From Spirochaetia bacterium (GTDB taxonomy: Bacteria > Spirochaetota > Spirochaetia > CAKZLE01), in NCBI GenBank assembly GCA_963677595.1, contig OY782041.1, positions 1,696,001 to 1,760,000 of the forward strand: a stretch of 64,000 nt of DNA. The letters run 5' to 3'. Shown piece after piece: positions 18,931 through 28,749 of the stretch. The position numbers were made by a program, and so were the translations under genes. The notes beneath the pieces are model-generated. The model searched no databases. It saw only the letters and a program-made list of their open reading frames with translations, and had not been told where the DNA came from. Position 1 is the stretch's first letter. Each line of letters begins with the position of its first letter.

Positions 18931-20415
18931 ATGAATACCACATACACCATACCTGTGAACAGACTGGGAGACAACCTTGAGATCAGGGAACTGACGACAG
19001 GGCTCTGGCAGGTTGCCGGCGGGCACGGGAAGATAGATTTCGAGAAGGCCGTGGAATCGATGCGGAGCATCTATGACCGCGGTTTCACCTCATTCGATAT
19101 GGCAGACCACTACGGCCCGGCAGAGGATATAGCCGGTGCCTTCTATGAGCAGGTCAAGCAGGAGGGCTTCCCGAACGGCAAGCCCCAGATCATGACCAAG
19201 TGGGTCCCCGAACCGGGGAAGATGGACATGGATGTGGTCCGGAAGGGCATCGAGGTCTCATTAAGGAGACTGAAGACTGACAGCATCGACAACCTGCAGT
19301 TCCACTGGTGGGACTACCTTGACCCGGGCTACCTCCCGGCTATGGAAGGGTTGGCAAAGCTCCAGGAGGAGGGGCTCATCAGCTCCATTGGCCTGACCAA
19401 CTTCGATACCGCCCATGCACGGATCCTGCGCGAGGAGGGCTACCCCTTCGTGTCGAACCAGGTCCACTTCTCCCTCCTCGATGACCGGCCCTGCTATGAC
19501 ATGGGGGCTTTCTGCAGAGAGTCCGGGATGAAGCTGCTCTGTTACGGTACCGTCTCGGGAGGGTTCCTCTCCGAGCGATGGCTGGGGAAACCTGAACCCT
19601 CCTTCGATGACATCTCCGGGAACTGGAGTCTCATGAAGTACCTGCGTTTCATCAAGGCTGCCGGGAGCTGGGAGGCACTGCAGGGACTGCTCTCCGTTCT
19701 GGAAGGGCTCGCTGACAAGCACGGTGTCGGTATCAGCAACATCGCCACGCGATGGGTGCTGCAGCACGATTTCGTCGGTACCGTACTGATCGGGACCAGG
19801 CTGGGTCTGAGCGACCACCTGGAGGAGAATGCCAGGATCTGTACGTTCTCCCTCGATGACGATGACATGGCTGCGATCACGGAAGCAAGGAGCGGTTTCA
19901 GCCGGCTTCCCGGGGATTGCGGTGATGAATACAGGAAACCGCCCTTCCTGACTGCGGCCGGGGACCTCTCTGACCACAAGACCCATGCATGGCGGATGCC
20001 CCTGGTGGAGCGGAAGCCGGAAGAACCCTATACCGGGGCTGCCTTCAACTCAGGCACCGTCTGGGAGGATATCGCGGGGTTCAGCAGAGCTGTCAGGGAA
20101 GGGGACACCATCCGGGTCAGCGGTACCACCGCGACCCTCTTCGGGAAAGCTGTCGCCCCAGACGATGCCGCATCCCAGGCAGAAGTCTGCATCGACAAGA
20201 TCGAGGCAGCCATCGAGGCCCTCGGGGGAAGGCTGACCGATGTCGTGCGTACCAGGATCTATGTACCGAACCTCAAAGAGGACTGGGAGGCCGTTGCTCG
20301 GGTCCATGGCCGGAGGTTCTCAGGGATCGTCCCAGCCAACACCCTGGTAGGGGCACAACTCGTAGGGGATGAGTACCGGGTCGAGATCGAGGCCACGGCC
20401 GTCATCAGGGCATAA
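18931..20415 (+). CDS. Aldo/keto reductase fused to a C-terminal RidA/YjgF-family domain
   Basis: AKR: FDMADHYG, LQFHWWDY, IGLTNFD. Rid domain: WEDIAGFSRAVR..VSGTT..DVVRTRIY..VEIEATA. Start at ATG 18931 after GGAG. Confidence 0.85.
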   Translation: MNTTYTIPVNRLGDNLEIRELTTGLWQVAGGHGKIDFEKAVESMRSIYDRGFTSFDMADHYGPAEDIAGAFYEQVKQEGFPNGKPQIMTKWVPEPGKMDMDVVRKGIEVSLRRLKTDSIDNLQFHWWDYLDPGYLPAMEGLAKLQEEGLISSIGLTNFDTAHARILREEGYPFVSNQVHFSLLDDRPCYDMGAFCRESGMKLLCYGTVSGGFLSERWLGKPEPSFDDISGNWSLMKYLRFIKAAGSWEALQGLLSVLEGLADKHGVGISNIATRWVLQHDFVGTVLIGTRLGLSDHLEENARICTFSLDDDDMAAITEARSGFSRLPGDCGDEYRKPPFLTAAGDLSDHKTHAWRMPLVERKPEEPYTGAAFNSGTVWEDIAGFSRAVREGDTIRVSGTTATLFGKAVAPDDAASQAEVCIDKIEAAIEALGGRLTDVVRTRIYVPNLKEDWEAVARVHGRRFSGIVPANTLVGAQLVGDEYRVEIEATAVIRA

Positions 20416-20575
20416 TCATAATCCAGATTGTCTCTTTGGTATCATCAAGTCTGCCAGTAGGTTGGTAAGGTTGAGATGGTTCATGATGGATTCTTTGTAC
20501 TGAAACCCACATTCCTCACTATTTCTCAGCAAAAAACGGGTATTTAATTTCGGGCTAAAATCGGTTTAAAAAGCG

Positions 20576-20938
20576 CTACCCTTCATCGTCCAAGAGGACC
20601 AAAATGGCTTCATACGCATCCTGAGAGAGCTTCTTCATGGCATTCATCGTCTTCTCCAGGGTTCTCCTGTTCTCAATCCATGGTTGGAGGACCTCAGCCT
20701 GCTGCTCTGTGAGCTTCCTGGCTACGGTCTTCCCGCCCTTTTTGGTCGTCCAATAGTAATACGGTCCATGCTTGGCCTCAGTGTCTGTATGACACTTGCA
20801 CGAGGGGTTCCCGCAGGTAAGAAACCGTTTGGAGATGGATCCTGACCAGATAAATTCGATCGTGCTCAGTTCCTTGGCGAGTTCCTGCTGTTTGCGGCGA
20901 AGTACCTGAAGGCGCTTCTGTGCCGTCTCGGTGGTCAT
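20576..20938 (-). CDS. DUF6788-like IS-associated protein (Cys/His cluster, coiled ends)
   Basis: GSI..RFLTCGNPSCKC...HGPYYYWT..GGKT pattern, RBS GAGGAG, identical copy at 42374. Confidence 0.75.
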   Translation of the reverse strand: MTTETAQKRLQVLRRKQQELAKELSTIEFIWSGSISKRFLTCGNPSCKCHTDTEAKHGPYYYWTTKKGGKTVARKLTEQQAEVLQPWIENRRTLEKTMNAMKKLSQDAYEAILVLLDDEG

Positions 20939-20941
20939 GAC

Positions 20942-20994
20942 TTGACTCCTCTCTTGTCCTACTGTATAATACAGTAGGTTCAGTGATCAGTCAA
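20942..20994. promoter_or_regulatory. Overlapping divergent sigma70 promoters centred on a perfect 21-bp palindrome
   Basis: Plus strand: TTGACT(20942)-17-TATAAT(20965). Minus strand: TTGACT(20994)-17-TATTAT. Palindrome CCTACTGTAT-A-ATACAGTAGG at 20958-20978. Confidence 0.75.
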
Positions 20995-21028
20995 GTCCTG
21001 TTTCCACGACCGCTACAGGAGGATACCG

Positions 21029-22732
21029 ATGGCCAGTACTCCGCCCCTTTCAACCCTGTTTCAGCATACCAGAATCTATACCCATTCCTACCTGCCCATT
21101 GCGGCGGCCTACTGCCGCATGCTCGGGTTGAGAGACATCGTGGATGCGGCGGTGGAGACCCGTATGCAGCTATCTCCGGGGCTCGTGGTGCAGACGATGG
21201 TGCTCGATGTCCTGCATGGACGGTCGCCGCTGTATCGGATCGAGCAGTTCATCGAGCAGCAGAACCGCAGCCTATTGCTGGGACAGGAGGTAGATCCGCA
21301 TCTGTTCAATGACACGAACATAGCTCGGTCCCTGGATGCGATCTTCGATGCCGGCCCATCGAAGATTGTGACCGAACTGGGGATTCGGGCAGCACAGGTC
21401 TTCGATCTGGATATGCATGCCCTCAGTTACGATACTACCAGTACGAGTGTCTGGGGGGAATACCGGGGGAGTGAGCAGGAAAAGACCCCGGGGCCTTCGA
21501 TCGTCCTGGGGCACTCCAAGGATCACCGACCGGATCTCAAGCAGTTCATGACGGAGTTACTGTGCGTGGATCATGGGGTCCCAATCTTCAGCAGTACCCT
21601 CAATGGGAACTCCTCAGACAAGACGTCTAACAATGCGATGCTCACACGGATCAGTACACTGCTCTCCCGACATGGGTTGGGAGATGGGGCCTGTATCTAT
21701 GTTGCAGACTCGGCCATGGTGACGCAGGAGAATCTGGAGGCTTTAGGGTCGATGCCATTCATCAGCCGTCTTCCGGCAACCTACGGCGCATGTGACCAGG
21801 CAATAAGGGAAGCGATCGGAGCGGGTCGCTGGAGTCCCATAGGCATGATGGCTGAAACACCAACAGGGAAGAACCGGCCTCCTGCGATCTATAAGGGGTG
21901 CGAGACGACGGTAACGTTGTATGAAAAGCCCTATCGCGGGGTCGTGATACATTCGAGTTCCCATGATAAGCGAAGGCAGAAGAAGATTGACAAAGCGATT
22001 GAGCAATCGTTGAAGGAGCTGAACGGGAAATTGAAGAAAGTTCAGCGACAGTATTACTGCAGCGAAGATGCGCAGGTTGCTGCTGCCAACCTCGCTGCGG
22101 TCTCTTCCCCGCTGCACTCGTTAACGGTTACGATCCAAGAAGTGGCGGTTCGGCGTCGTGGACGTCCCCCGAAGGAGGGTCCGCCGCCTGTAGATCTGCG
22201 GTATGAGTTGAACTGGGAGATCACCGAAAAGTCGGACAAGCTGCAGGTGCTCAGAGAGCAGGCAGGATGTTTTGTGCTGCTTACCAATGTTGCTGTTGCA
22301 TCGCTTGATGCCGCATCGGTACTGCGTACGTACAAAGGCCAGTATGGGATCGAGAGTGATTTTTCATTCCTCAAGGATCCCCTGGTAGTCAATGACCTGT
22401 TTCTGAAAACCCCTTCCCGCATAGATGCATTGGGGATGATTCTCGTGATCGCCCTGATGGTCTGGCGGTTGATGGAGCGGCAGATGCGGCGGTATCTCCA
22501 GAAGGAAGGTACTACGGTACCAGGCTGGGACAACAAACCGACGGCAAAGCCGACTTCATTCATGATGAGTACCGTGTTTGGCGGTATCATGGCGGCAGAG
22601 ATGGGAGCAGAAGCGGTGCTGGTAAATCCGCTCTCTTCCCGTCAGTTGGCCTTCCTGTCTGCATTGGGTCTTGATGAACGCGTATTCTACGACAAGGGGG
22701 TGAGGTGTGTCCTGACCTCTCTGCATGCATGA
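21029..22732 (+). CDS. IS1634-family transposase
   Basis: DUF4277-like N-terminus (SPLY, FNDTNIARSLD), YDTTS, GHSKDHRPDLKQ, YVADSA, YKGQYGIESDFSFLK. Confidence 0.9.
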   Translation: MASTPPLSTLFQHTRIYTHSYLPIAAAYCRMLGLRDIVDAAVETRMQLSPGLVVQTMVLDVLHGRSPLYRIEQFIEQQNRSLLLGQEVDPHLFNDTNIARSLDAIFDAGPSKIVTELGIRAAQVFDLDMHALSYDTTSTSVWGEYRGSEQEKTPGPSIVLGHSKDHRPDLKQFMTELLCVDHGVPIFSSTLNGNSSDKTSNNAMLTRISTLLSRHGLGDGACIYVADSAMVTQENLEALGSMPFISRLPATYGACDQAIREAIGAGRWSPIGMMAETPTGKNRPPAIYKGCETTVTLYEKPYRGVVIHSSSHDKRRQKKIDKAIEQSLKELNGKLKKVQRQYYCSEDAQVAAANLAAVSSPLHSLTVTIQEVAVRRRGRPPKEGPPPVDLRYELNWEITEKSDKLQVLREQAGCFVLLTNVAVASLDAASVLRTYKGQYGIESDFSFLKDPLVVNDLFLKTPSRIDALGMILVIALMVWRLMERQMRRYLQKEGTTVPGWDNKPTAKPTSFMMSTVFGGIMAAEMGAEAVLVNPLSSRQLAFLSALGLDERVFYDKGVRCVLTSLHA

Positions 22733-23068
22733 ACTTCGTAGGTGTACCTGCGTCTGATCCTCAGAACCTATGAGAAGGCTGGTTACTGTCCTGATCATCA
22801 GCATGTCTGTTCAGACGGGGTAGCAACCAGGCGGATTTGCCGATTTTTATGCCGTGTGGAGGATCGGTAAGGATGAATAGCCCTTCGTAGTCTCAATCCT
22901 TTCCTGAAATGGAAAATCCTGCTATGTGTGCGTCATGAAAGTGAGGAATGTGGGCTGAAACACATAGGGAAGGGAATACACATCTTTTTAGAGGGTTGAG
23001 CACGGTGTGAGGTTAAAGAGGATTAGACATTAATATAATACAATGAATAAAAAATAATACATTAATAG

Positions 23069-23096
23069 TTGACAATAAGAAATAATAAAGTACAAT
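23069..23096 (+). promoter_or_regulatory. sigma70-type promoter of the ridA cluster
   Basis: TTGACA-16-TACAAT in an AT-rich region. Confidence 0.6.
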
Positions 23097-23126
23097 TATT
23101 ATAAAATAATATATTCGAGGTATTTC

Positions 23127-23501
23127 ATGATCAAGTCAATTCAAACAGAATCCGCTCCCCAAGCAATCGGTCCTTATTCACAGGGATGGGTATGTAACGA
23201 TATGGTGTTCACCTCCGGCCAGATCCCTGTGGATCCGGTAACCGGGAGTATCCCGGAAGGGATCCAGGAGCAGACCCACCAGAGTTGCAAGAATGTGCAG
23301 GCCGTATTGGAGGCTGCAGGCTGTGAGCTGGGAAACGTAGTGAAGACTACCTGCTTCATTGCATCCATGGATGATTTTTCTGCGTTCAATGAGGTGTATG
23401 CGACATATTTCACATCAAAACCAGCAAGAAGCTGCGTGGCAGTCAAGACACTGCCGAAGAATGTGTTATGTGAGATCGAGGCTATTGCCGTTCTGGGTTG
23501 A
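23127..23501 (+). CDS. ridA: RidA-family enamine/imine deaminase
   Basis: APQAIGPYSQG, SGQIP, VVKTT, FNEVY, PARSCV, EIEAIA. Confidence 0.92.
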   Translation: MIKSIQTESAPQAIGPYSQGWVCNDMVFTSGQIPVDPVTGSIPEGIQEQTHQSCKNVQAVLEAAGCELGNVVKTTCFIASMDDFSAFNEVYATYFTSKPARSCVAVKTLPKNVLCEIEAIAVLG

Positions 23502-23518
23502 TCAGCTGGAGGTCCAAG

Positions 23519-24700
23519 GTGTTTACTAATGACGATATCAGATTGGATGTGCTGAAAGACCGGGCTTTCAATATGAGGTGGGCAGAGGTGGAAGATGGGG
23601 TGATCCCATTGACAGCGGCAGATTCTGATTTCCCTGCCGCTCCGGAGATCTCCCAGGCCCTGATAGAATATATCCAAGGCGGATACTTCCCCTACGTTCC
23701 CAACCGGGGATTAAAGGAATTCAGGGAAAGCATATCCCGTGCATTGGCAAAGAAATTCGAGCAGGTCCTGCCGGAGCTGATCCTCCCGATCGACAGTGCT
23801 GCCCGTGGCATGGATGTCATCGCCCATACCATCCTGCAGCCGGGTGATGAGGCGATCGTCTTCGATCCTGTGGATTTCCTATTCAAGACGTCCATGGAGA
23901 ATGCAGGAGCGAAGATCGTACTCTATCCGATGCAGTTCAATGAGCATGGGAACATAGATTTCTCCAGGCTGAGAGAATACATAACCCCTAAGACGAAGAT
24001 GCTGGGACTCTGCAACCCGCACAACCCCCTGGGAAAGACGTATCCACTTGAAGATCTGGATTATCTGTTGGGACTGTCTGAGGAGTTTGGGTTCTATATC
24101 ATGAATGATGAGATCTGGTCAGATATCATCTATTCTGACAGCAAGTTTACCAGCATCCTGGCATTGGGCCCTGAACGGAACAAGAGGACGATCTCTGTAT
24201 ACGGGTTCTCGAAAGGGTACGGTATCGCCGGGCTGCGTGCCGGCTGTGTGTACTGCCAGGATGAACAGCTCTTTGAGCGGATCGTCAAGACTTCTGATGT
24301 AGAGAAGACGATCGGGGGGATCTCCTCCCTGTCACAGATCGCCGGGATCGCCTGTCTGGAGAGATGTTCTGACTGGGTGAAGGGGTTCGTGAGCCGGCTG
24401 CAGAAGAACCGGGATTATGCGGTAAAACGCTTGAATGCTATTCCCGGTGTTCGATGCAATGATCCAGAAGCTACCTTCGTGCTCTTCCCTGATATAACCC
24501 AAACAGGGAGATCAGCCGGAGAGTTGGTGGATTATCTGCGGGAGAAGAAAAAGGTATCTATTGTTCCAGGGGGGGCAAGATTCTTTGGTCCAGGATCCGA
24601 AGGGCATGTAAGAATATGTCTTGCTACCAGTATCGAGGTATTACGTGAAGCCTTGGACAGGATCGAGGAGGGCATTCACGAGTTACAAGACCAGAATTAA
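23519..24700 (+). CDS. MalY/PatB-like PLP-dependent enzyme (C-S lyase/aminotransferase)
   Basis: IPLTAADSDF, LCNPHNPLG, DEIWSD, FSKGYGIAGLR. GTG start 23519 after GGAGG. Confidence 0.8.
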   Translation: MFTNDDIRLDVLKDRAFNMRWAEVEDGVIPLTAADSDFPAAPEISQALIEYIQGGYFPYVPNRGLKEFRESISRALAKKFEQVLPELILPIDSAARGMDVIAHTILQPGDEAIVFDPVDFLFKTSMENAGAKIVLYPMQFNEHGNIDFSRLREYITPKTKMLGLCNPHNPLGKTYPLEDLDYLLGLSEEFGFYIMNDEIWSDIIYSDSKFTSILALGPERNKRTISVYGFSKGYGIAGLRAGCVYCQDEQLFERIVKTSDVEKTIGGISSLSQIAGIACLERCSDWVKGFVSRLQKNRDYAVKRLNAIPGVRCNDPEATFVLFPDITQTGRSAGELVDYLREKKKVSIVPGGARFFGPGSEGHVRICLATSIEVLREALDRIEEGIHELQDQN

Positions 24701-24722
24701 CTAATCATTGGGAGGTTGAATT

Positions 24723-26105
24723 ATGGGGATCACGTTTTTGATTATCGGGCTGTTCTTCTGTGGTTTGATACTGATCGGGTATCTATCATCCAAGAAGAAC
24801 AAGAATGCAGAAGATTATTTTGTTGCCGGGCGGAAACTGAATAAATGGACTGCTGCCAATACGATGGCAGCAACGGCAATAGGCTCCGGTACGACAATCG
24901 GGGTCTGTACCTTAGCCTATAATTCCGGTATCGCTGCCAGTTGGATCCTGATCGGGTATTCGTTAGGATTCGTCCTTATTGCCATTTTGATCGGGAAGAA
25001 GATCTACAATCTTAATGTTCTGACATTAACGGATGTGATCGGCAGCAAGTATAACCAGACAGTCAGGAACCTGACCACCATCCTCGTACTGATCTCCTAT
25101 GTAGGAATCGCCTGTGCGCAGTTCATCGCATTGGGACACATCGTATCGGTATTGCTGGGGATGGATTTCAAGCTTGCGGTAGTCCTCTGCGGGGTCATCA
25201 TCATCATCTATACGACGATGGGCGGGTTGAATGCCCTGTCTATAACAGACTCCTATCAGTTGATCATCAACCTGTTCGGCATCATGGTCATCCTCCCTAT
25301 ATTCGGGTTTACCGCCACGCATGGATTCTCAGATATCGTTGCATCTGTTCCAGAGGGTTTCTTCAATATGGGTAACTTCGGTTTGGCAACGACGATAGGG
25401 TTCTTCAGCTGGATCATTCCTCAAGCTTTTCTCTCACAGGAGTTATGGGTGAGGATCTTTGCCTGCAAGAATGAGAAATTAGCGGTAGAATCTACGGTGA
25501 TCGCCTCTGTGGGTATATATCTCCCCTATGCGGTAAGTGTCGTATCTGTCGGCCTGATCGCAGCGACCATACTCCCAGCAGGTTTGGAAGGGGATTCTGT
25601 TCTGCCTACCCTGATCGCTAAACTTGGGAATCCTGTCATAGAGGGCCTCCTGTTGGCCGGCCTGATTGCTGCTGTCATGTCATGTGCAGATTCAGTCCTG
25701 CTAGTTTCATCATCCAACCTTGTGCATGATTTCTGGGGCAAGACCTTGGGGAAGACCGTAAAGAACGATCTGAGGGCTTCCAGGATCGGTGTGGTCATCA
25801 TTGGCGTGTTAGGTATCATCCTGGCAATGTATGCACAGAACATCATATCCATCATGCAGATGATGGCAACTCCATTCGTGGGAGCGATCTTCCCCATCGT
25901 CCTGGCGATGTTCTTCTGGAAGAAAGTTACTAACACAGGTGCCGTGGTAACGATCATTGCTGCATTGGTCATGGCAGTATTGTTCTATATCATTAAGATC
26001 GATATCCTTGGGTTGGACCCGAGTTTCATCACTGTCGTAGTCTGTTCCGCAATATTGATCATTGTCAGCCTGGCAACGCAGAATAAATCAGTGGAGGTGG
26101 CATGA
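24723..26105 (+). CDS. Sodium:solute symporter (SSS) family transporter
   Basis: DYFVAGR, YTTMGG, AAVMSCADS, about 13 TM segments. Confidence 0.9.
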   Translation: MGITFLIIGLFFCGLILIGYLSSKKNKNAEDYFVAGRKLNKWTAANTMAATAIGSGTTIGVCTLAYNSGIAASWILIGYSLGFVLIAILIGKKIYNLNVLTLTDVIGSKYNQTVRNLTTILVLISYVGIACAQFIALGHIVSVLLGMDFKLAVVLCGVIIIIYTTMGGLNALSITDSYQLIINLFGIMVILPIFGFTATHGFSDIVASVPEGFFNMGNFGLATTIGFFSWIIPQAFLSQELWVRIFACKNEKLAVESTVIASVGIYLPYAVSVVSVGLIAATILPAGLEGDSVLPTLIAKLGNPVIEGLLLAGLIAAVMSCADSVLLVSSSNLVHDFWGKTLGKTVKNDLRASRIGVVIIGVLGIILAMYAQNIISIMQMMATPFVGAIFPIVLAMFFWKKVTNTGAVVTIIAALVMAVLFYIIKIDILGLDPSFITVVVCSAILIIVSLATQNKSVEVA

Positions 26106-26206
26106 TGGACGCATTATCAATAATCATTATAGCGATGGGTATCATTGTATCCACATTTGTGACAGTTAACTTCATCCTTGAACATACCAAAAAGAAAAAG
26201 GACTGA
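26102..26206 (+). CDS. Small single-TM protein (34 aa), possible SSS accessory subunit
   Basis: MMDALSIIIIAMGIIVSTFVTVNFILEHTKKKKD. RBS GGAGGT. ATGA overlap with the SSS stop. Below the ORF-track size cutoff. Confidence 0.6.
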   Translation: MMDALSIIIIAMGIIVSTFVTVNFILEHTKKKKD

Positions 26207-26303
26207 TCAGCAGGTAACCAGTCATATTGAGAAGACGAAAAGCTTTGTATTGTTTTTCGTCTTCTCTTTGTATAAAGTATACCTATAAAGAGGATACACG
26301 AAT

Positions 26304-26978
26304 ATGACCCCAAATACCGTAAAAGTCCAATTCACGATCATCGATACCATGATCATCAATTCCTATAAATCTGTTGTTGATGGATTGGCTGAATATATGG
26401 GAAAGAATTATGAACTTGTCCTTCATTCGCTGGACAATCTGGAGAATTCGGTTGTCTATATCAAGAACGGGTTTCATACAGGGAGGGCGATCGGCGCACC
26501 AATCACGAATATGGCATTGGAGATGCTCTCAAAGATCGATAAGACTTCGACCAATGACATTACCTATTTCACCAAGAACAAGAATGGTGAACCAGTGAAA
26601 TCAACGACTATTGCTATCCGAGGGGAGAAGAACAGGATCATCGGGCTGCTGTGTATCAATTTCTTCCTGAATACCCCGTTCCTCGATGTGATATCTGATT
26701 TCTATGATGCTGACTCCATACCCAGTACTGATAAGCATAGATTCATGTATGAGTCATTCTCTGATGACCCGACCCAGATAATCATGAAGGCAATAAAAGA
26801 TTCTATTGAAGAAGCGGATTCGAGAGAAGAGGTCTCTACGACCCAGAGAAACAAAGTGATCATCTCTCTCCTGGTCGAGAAGAACATCTTCAAGCTGAAA
26901 GATGCCGTAGTGATTGTTGCTAAAGAGCTGAAGATCAGCAAGAATACCGTCTATACCCACCTTCGCTCACTGGAATAA
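26304..26978 (+). CDS. YheO/DauR-like PAS + HTH transcriptional regulator
   Basis: ELVLHSL..HTGRAIGAPIT, KSTTIAIR, IGLLCIN, F.LKDAV..VAKEL.ISKNTVY. Confidence 0.9.
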   Translation: MTPNTVKVQFTIIDTMIINSYKSVVDGLAEYMGKNYELVLHSLDNLENSVVYIKNGFHTGRAIGAPITNMALEMLSKIDKTSTNDITYFTKNKNGEPVKSTTIAIRGEKNRIIGLLCINFFLNTPFLDVISDFYDADSIPSTDKHRFMYESFSDDPTQIIMKAIKDSIEEADSREEVSTTQRNKVIISLLVEKNIFKLKDAVVIVAKELKISKNTVYTHLRSLE

Positions 26979-27018
26979 GCAGGAACCAGGCATCTGTCCC
27001 ATTACGACAGTACTCCTG

Positions 27019-28749
27019 CTACTCTTTCTTCCTTCCCTGTCTCCGCATGTTCTCCACTGCTAATGAGAAGTTTATGGGGGTGCTCTCTTTCTGCCACTCA
27101 GACCAGAAGTCTATGGTTGCGCTCAGGGGTTTCTCAACAGGTGGATGGATGCGGATCCTGCTTGGCAGCAGGACTGCGTCCCCAATGACCATTGCCTCCC
27201 CGATATCCATGACCGGGAGCACATCGAGCATCTTCTTGAAGTTCTCCGGCATCAGCTTCCTGACAGTCGATTGGTCGGTCCCGTTGGTGAGGCGCAAGGT
27301 TATGACATTGTTGCACTGGCTCAAAATGGTAGTACTCACATCCGACGGGCGCTGGCTGACGATCACGAGGGAGACGCCGTACTTCCTTCCCTCTTTGGCG
27401 ATCTTCTCGAATGCCTCGACAGCCCGCTGGGTTACTGGGTTCTGACCCTGTTTCTTCGGGAGATAGAGATGGGCCTCGTCACAGACCATGGCGATGGGAT
27501 TACGGTCCTTCGGGTCGGTCCAGAACTGGACCTGGTAGATTATCCTCGCTGTCAGGCCGACGATGATCGACAGGATGTCAGAGGGGACCTCGGAGAAATC
27601 GATGCATTTGATGTTCGAGTTCTCCTTGGAGAAATCCATCATCTTATGAATGATCTCCGCCATGGCCTGATACGTATGGAGGGGGGGCGGATACTTGAAG
27701 AGGAACCCATACCTGCGGTCCTGGACCTTTGCCTGTATCCTTGTGAGAAAGCGGCTGAACTGTCCGTTGAAGTCCCCTTTCTTCGGTCCCCGTGTTCCCA
27801 GAACCATCTCCTCATTGAGATCCGTGATCTCAGCTATGACCTCCTCTATCGAGAAGGGGATCGGGCTGTTCAGGGTGAAGTTCTTCACCATGTCCTGCTT
27901 GTCATGCACTATGAGGAATCTCTCTTTGGCTCTCAGGACCTTCTCCTGGAAGACGGCAACCTGGTTCTGGGCGCTGTGTTCGGACTGGTCGACGAACATG
28001 GAGAGGAGTTCTTCCGCATTCAGCAGCCAGTAGGGCAGGTAGAGAATATTCTCTTCATTCGAACCGAGTTCTTCCGGTCCGGGGATATGGAGGCTCTTCA
28101 CATAACTGAGGTCCTTGTATTCTCCATGGAGGTCGAACACCACGATGTTAGTCGAGGGGAGCTCTGCCGTCTTCTCGAGGATGGAGGTCACAGCCCATGA
28201 CTTGCCGGAACCGGTACTGCCCAGGAGGGCGGCATGTCTCTGGAACAACTTGTTCCCGTCAATATAGGCGGTCGCATCACGTGCCATTGAGTATGTCCCA
28301 AAGGCAAGTGAGTTATCATTCTTCCCCGCCTGGACGAGGAGGTTGAAGAATGAGGAGAGGGGTTCCCCCTGCAGTATGTAACAGCTCGAATCGATGATCG
28401 GGACCTGGTCGATAGATCGGGAGAATACGGGGTGCCCGCTGCCCCCTGATTCCCTGATCGTCCCGACCGGGGTCAGGATGACCCGGTTGGCGACCTCCTC
28501 GCTCGTGGGGTCTCTCTCTTCATTCTCCCCTGCGGGAGACAGGTTTGCCAGGGAAGCAGATTTTATGACCTTATCGATCATCACGATCATCCAGTTCCCT
28601 GGGGATGTAAGCTCGACTGCGGCAAGCTGCCCTACCTGGGCTTTCTTCAGATGCTCATCTGAGCTGACATGGAGAATGATCTGGCTGTTCTCGATCTCCC
28701 TGGCATTCCCCAGAGAGTGTTCACCTTCATTGAACTGGAAGATATGCAT
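27019..28749 (-). CDS. HerA-like ATPase (HAS barrel + DUF87)
   Basis: RHAALLGSTGSGKS, FDLHGEY, CDEAH, IAKEGRKYG, SQRPSD. Start 28749 after AGGAGG. Confidence 0.87.
   Translation of the reverse strand: MHIFQFNEGEHSLGNAREIENSQIILHVSSDEHLKKAQVGQLAAVELTSPGNWMIVMIDKVIKSASLANLSPAGENEERDPTSEEVANRVILTPVGTIRESGGSGHPVFSRSIDQVPIIDSSCYILQGEPLSSFFNLLVQAGKNDNSLAFGTYSMARDATAYIDGNKLFQRHAALLGSTGSGKSWAVTSILEKTAELPSTNIVVFDLHGEYKDLSYVKSLHIPGPEELGSNEENILYLPYWLLNAEELLSMFVDQSEHSAQNQVAVFQEKVLRAKERFLIVHDKQDMVKNFTLNSPIPFSIEEVIAEITDLNEEMVLGTRGPKKGDFNGQFSRFLTRIQAKVQDRRYGFLFKYPPPLHTYQAMAEIIHKMMDFSKENSNIKCIDFSEVPSDILSIIVGLTARIIYQVQFWTDPKDRNPIAMVCDEAHLYLPKKQGQNPVTQRAVEAFEKIAKEGRKYGVSLVIVSQRPSDVSTTILSQCNNVITLRLTNGTDQSTVRKLMPENFKKMLDVLPVMDIGEAMVIGDAVLLPSRIRIHPPVEKPLSATIDFWSEWQKESTPINFSLAVENMRRQGRKKE

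Larger units (their letters stand above)
20506..22954 (+). mobile_element. IS1634-family element (2449 bp), copy 1, intact, with divergent DUF6788-like gene
   Basis: Perfect 15-bp IRs CCCACATTCCTCACT / AGTGAGGAATGTGGG. 6-bp TSD CTGAAA (20500-20505, 22955-22960). Confidence 0.92.

Noticed and set aside
20958-20978. LexA/SOS box in the IS palindrome
   Set aside because: The spacing is CTGT-N5-ACAG, not the CTGT-N8-ACAG of the gammaproteobacterial box.
22733-22954. Possible guide or bridge-like RNA in the 3' non-coding end of the IS1634 element
   Set aside because: Only 8-bp matches to the target flanks were found (ACACATAG, TCTGTTCA), within chance expectation, and I saw no convincing structure. 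The IRs and TSDs fit ordinary DDE transposition.
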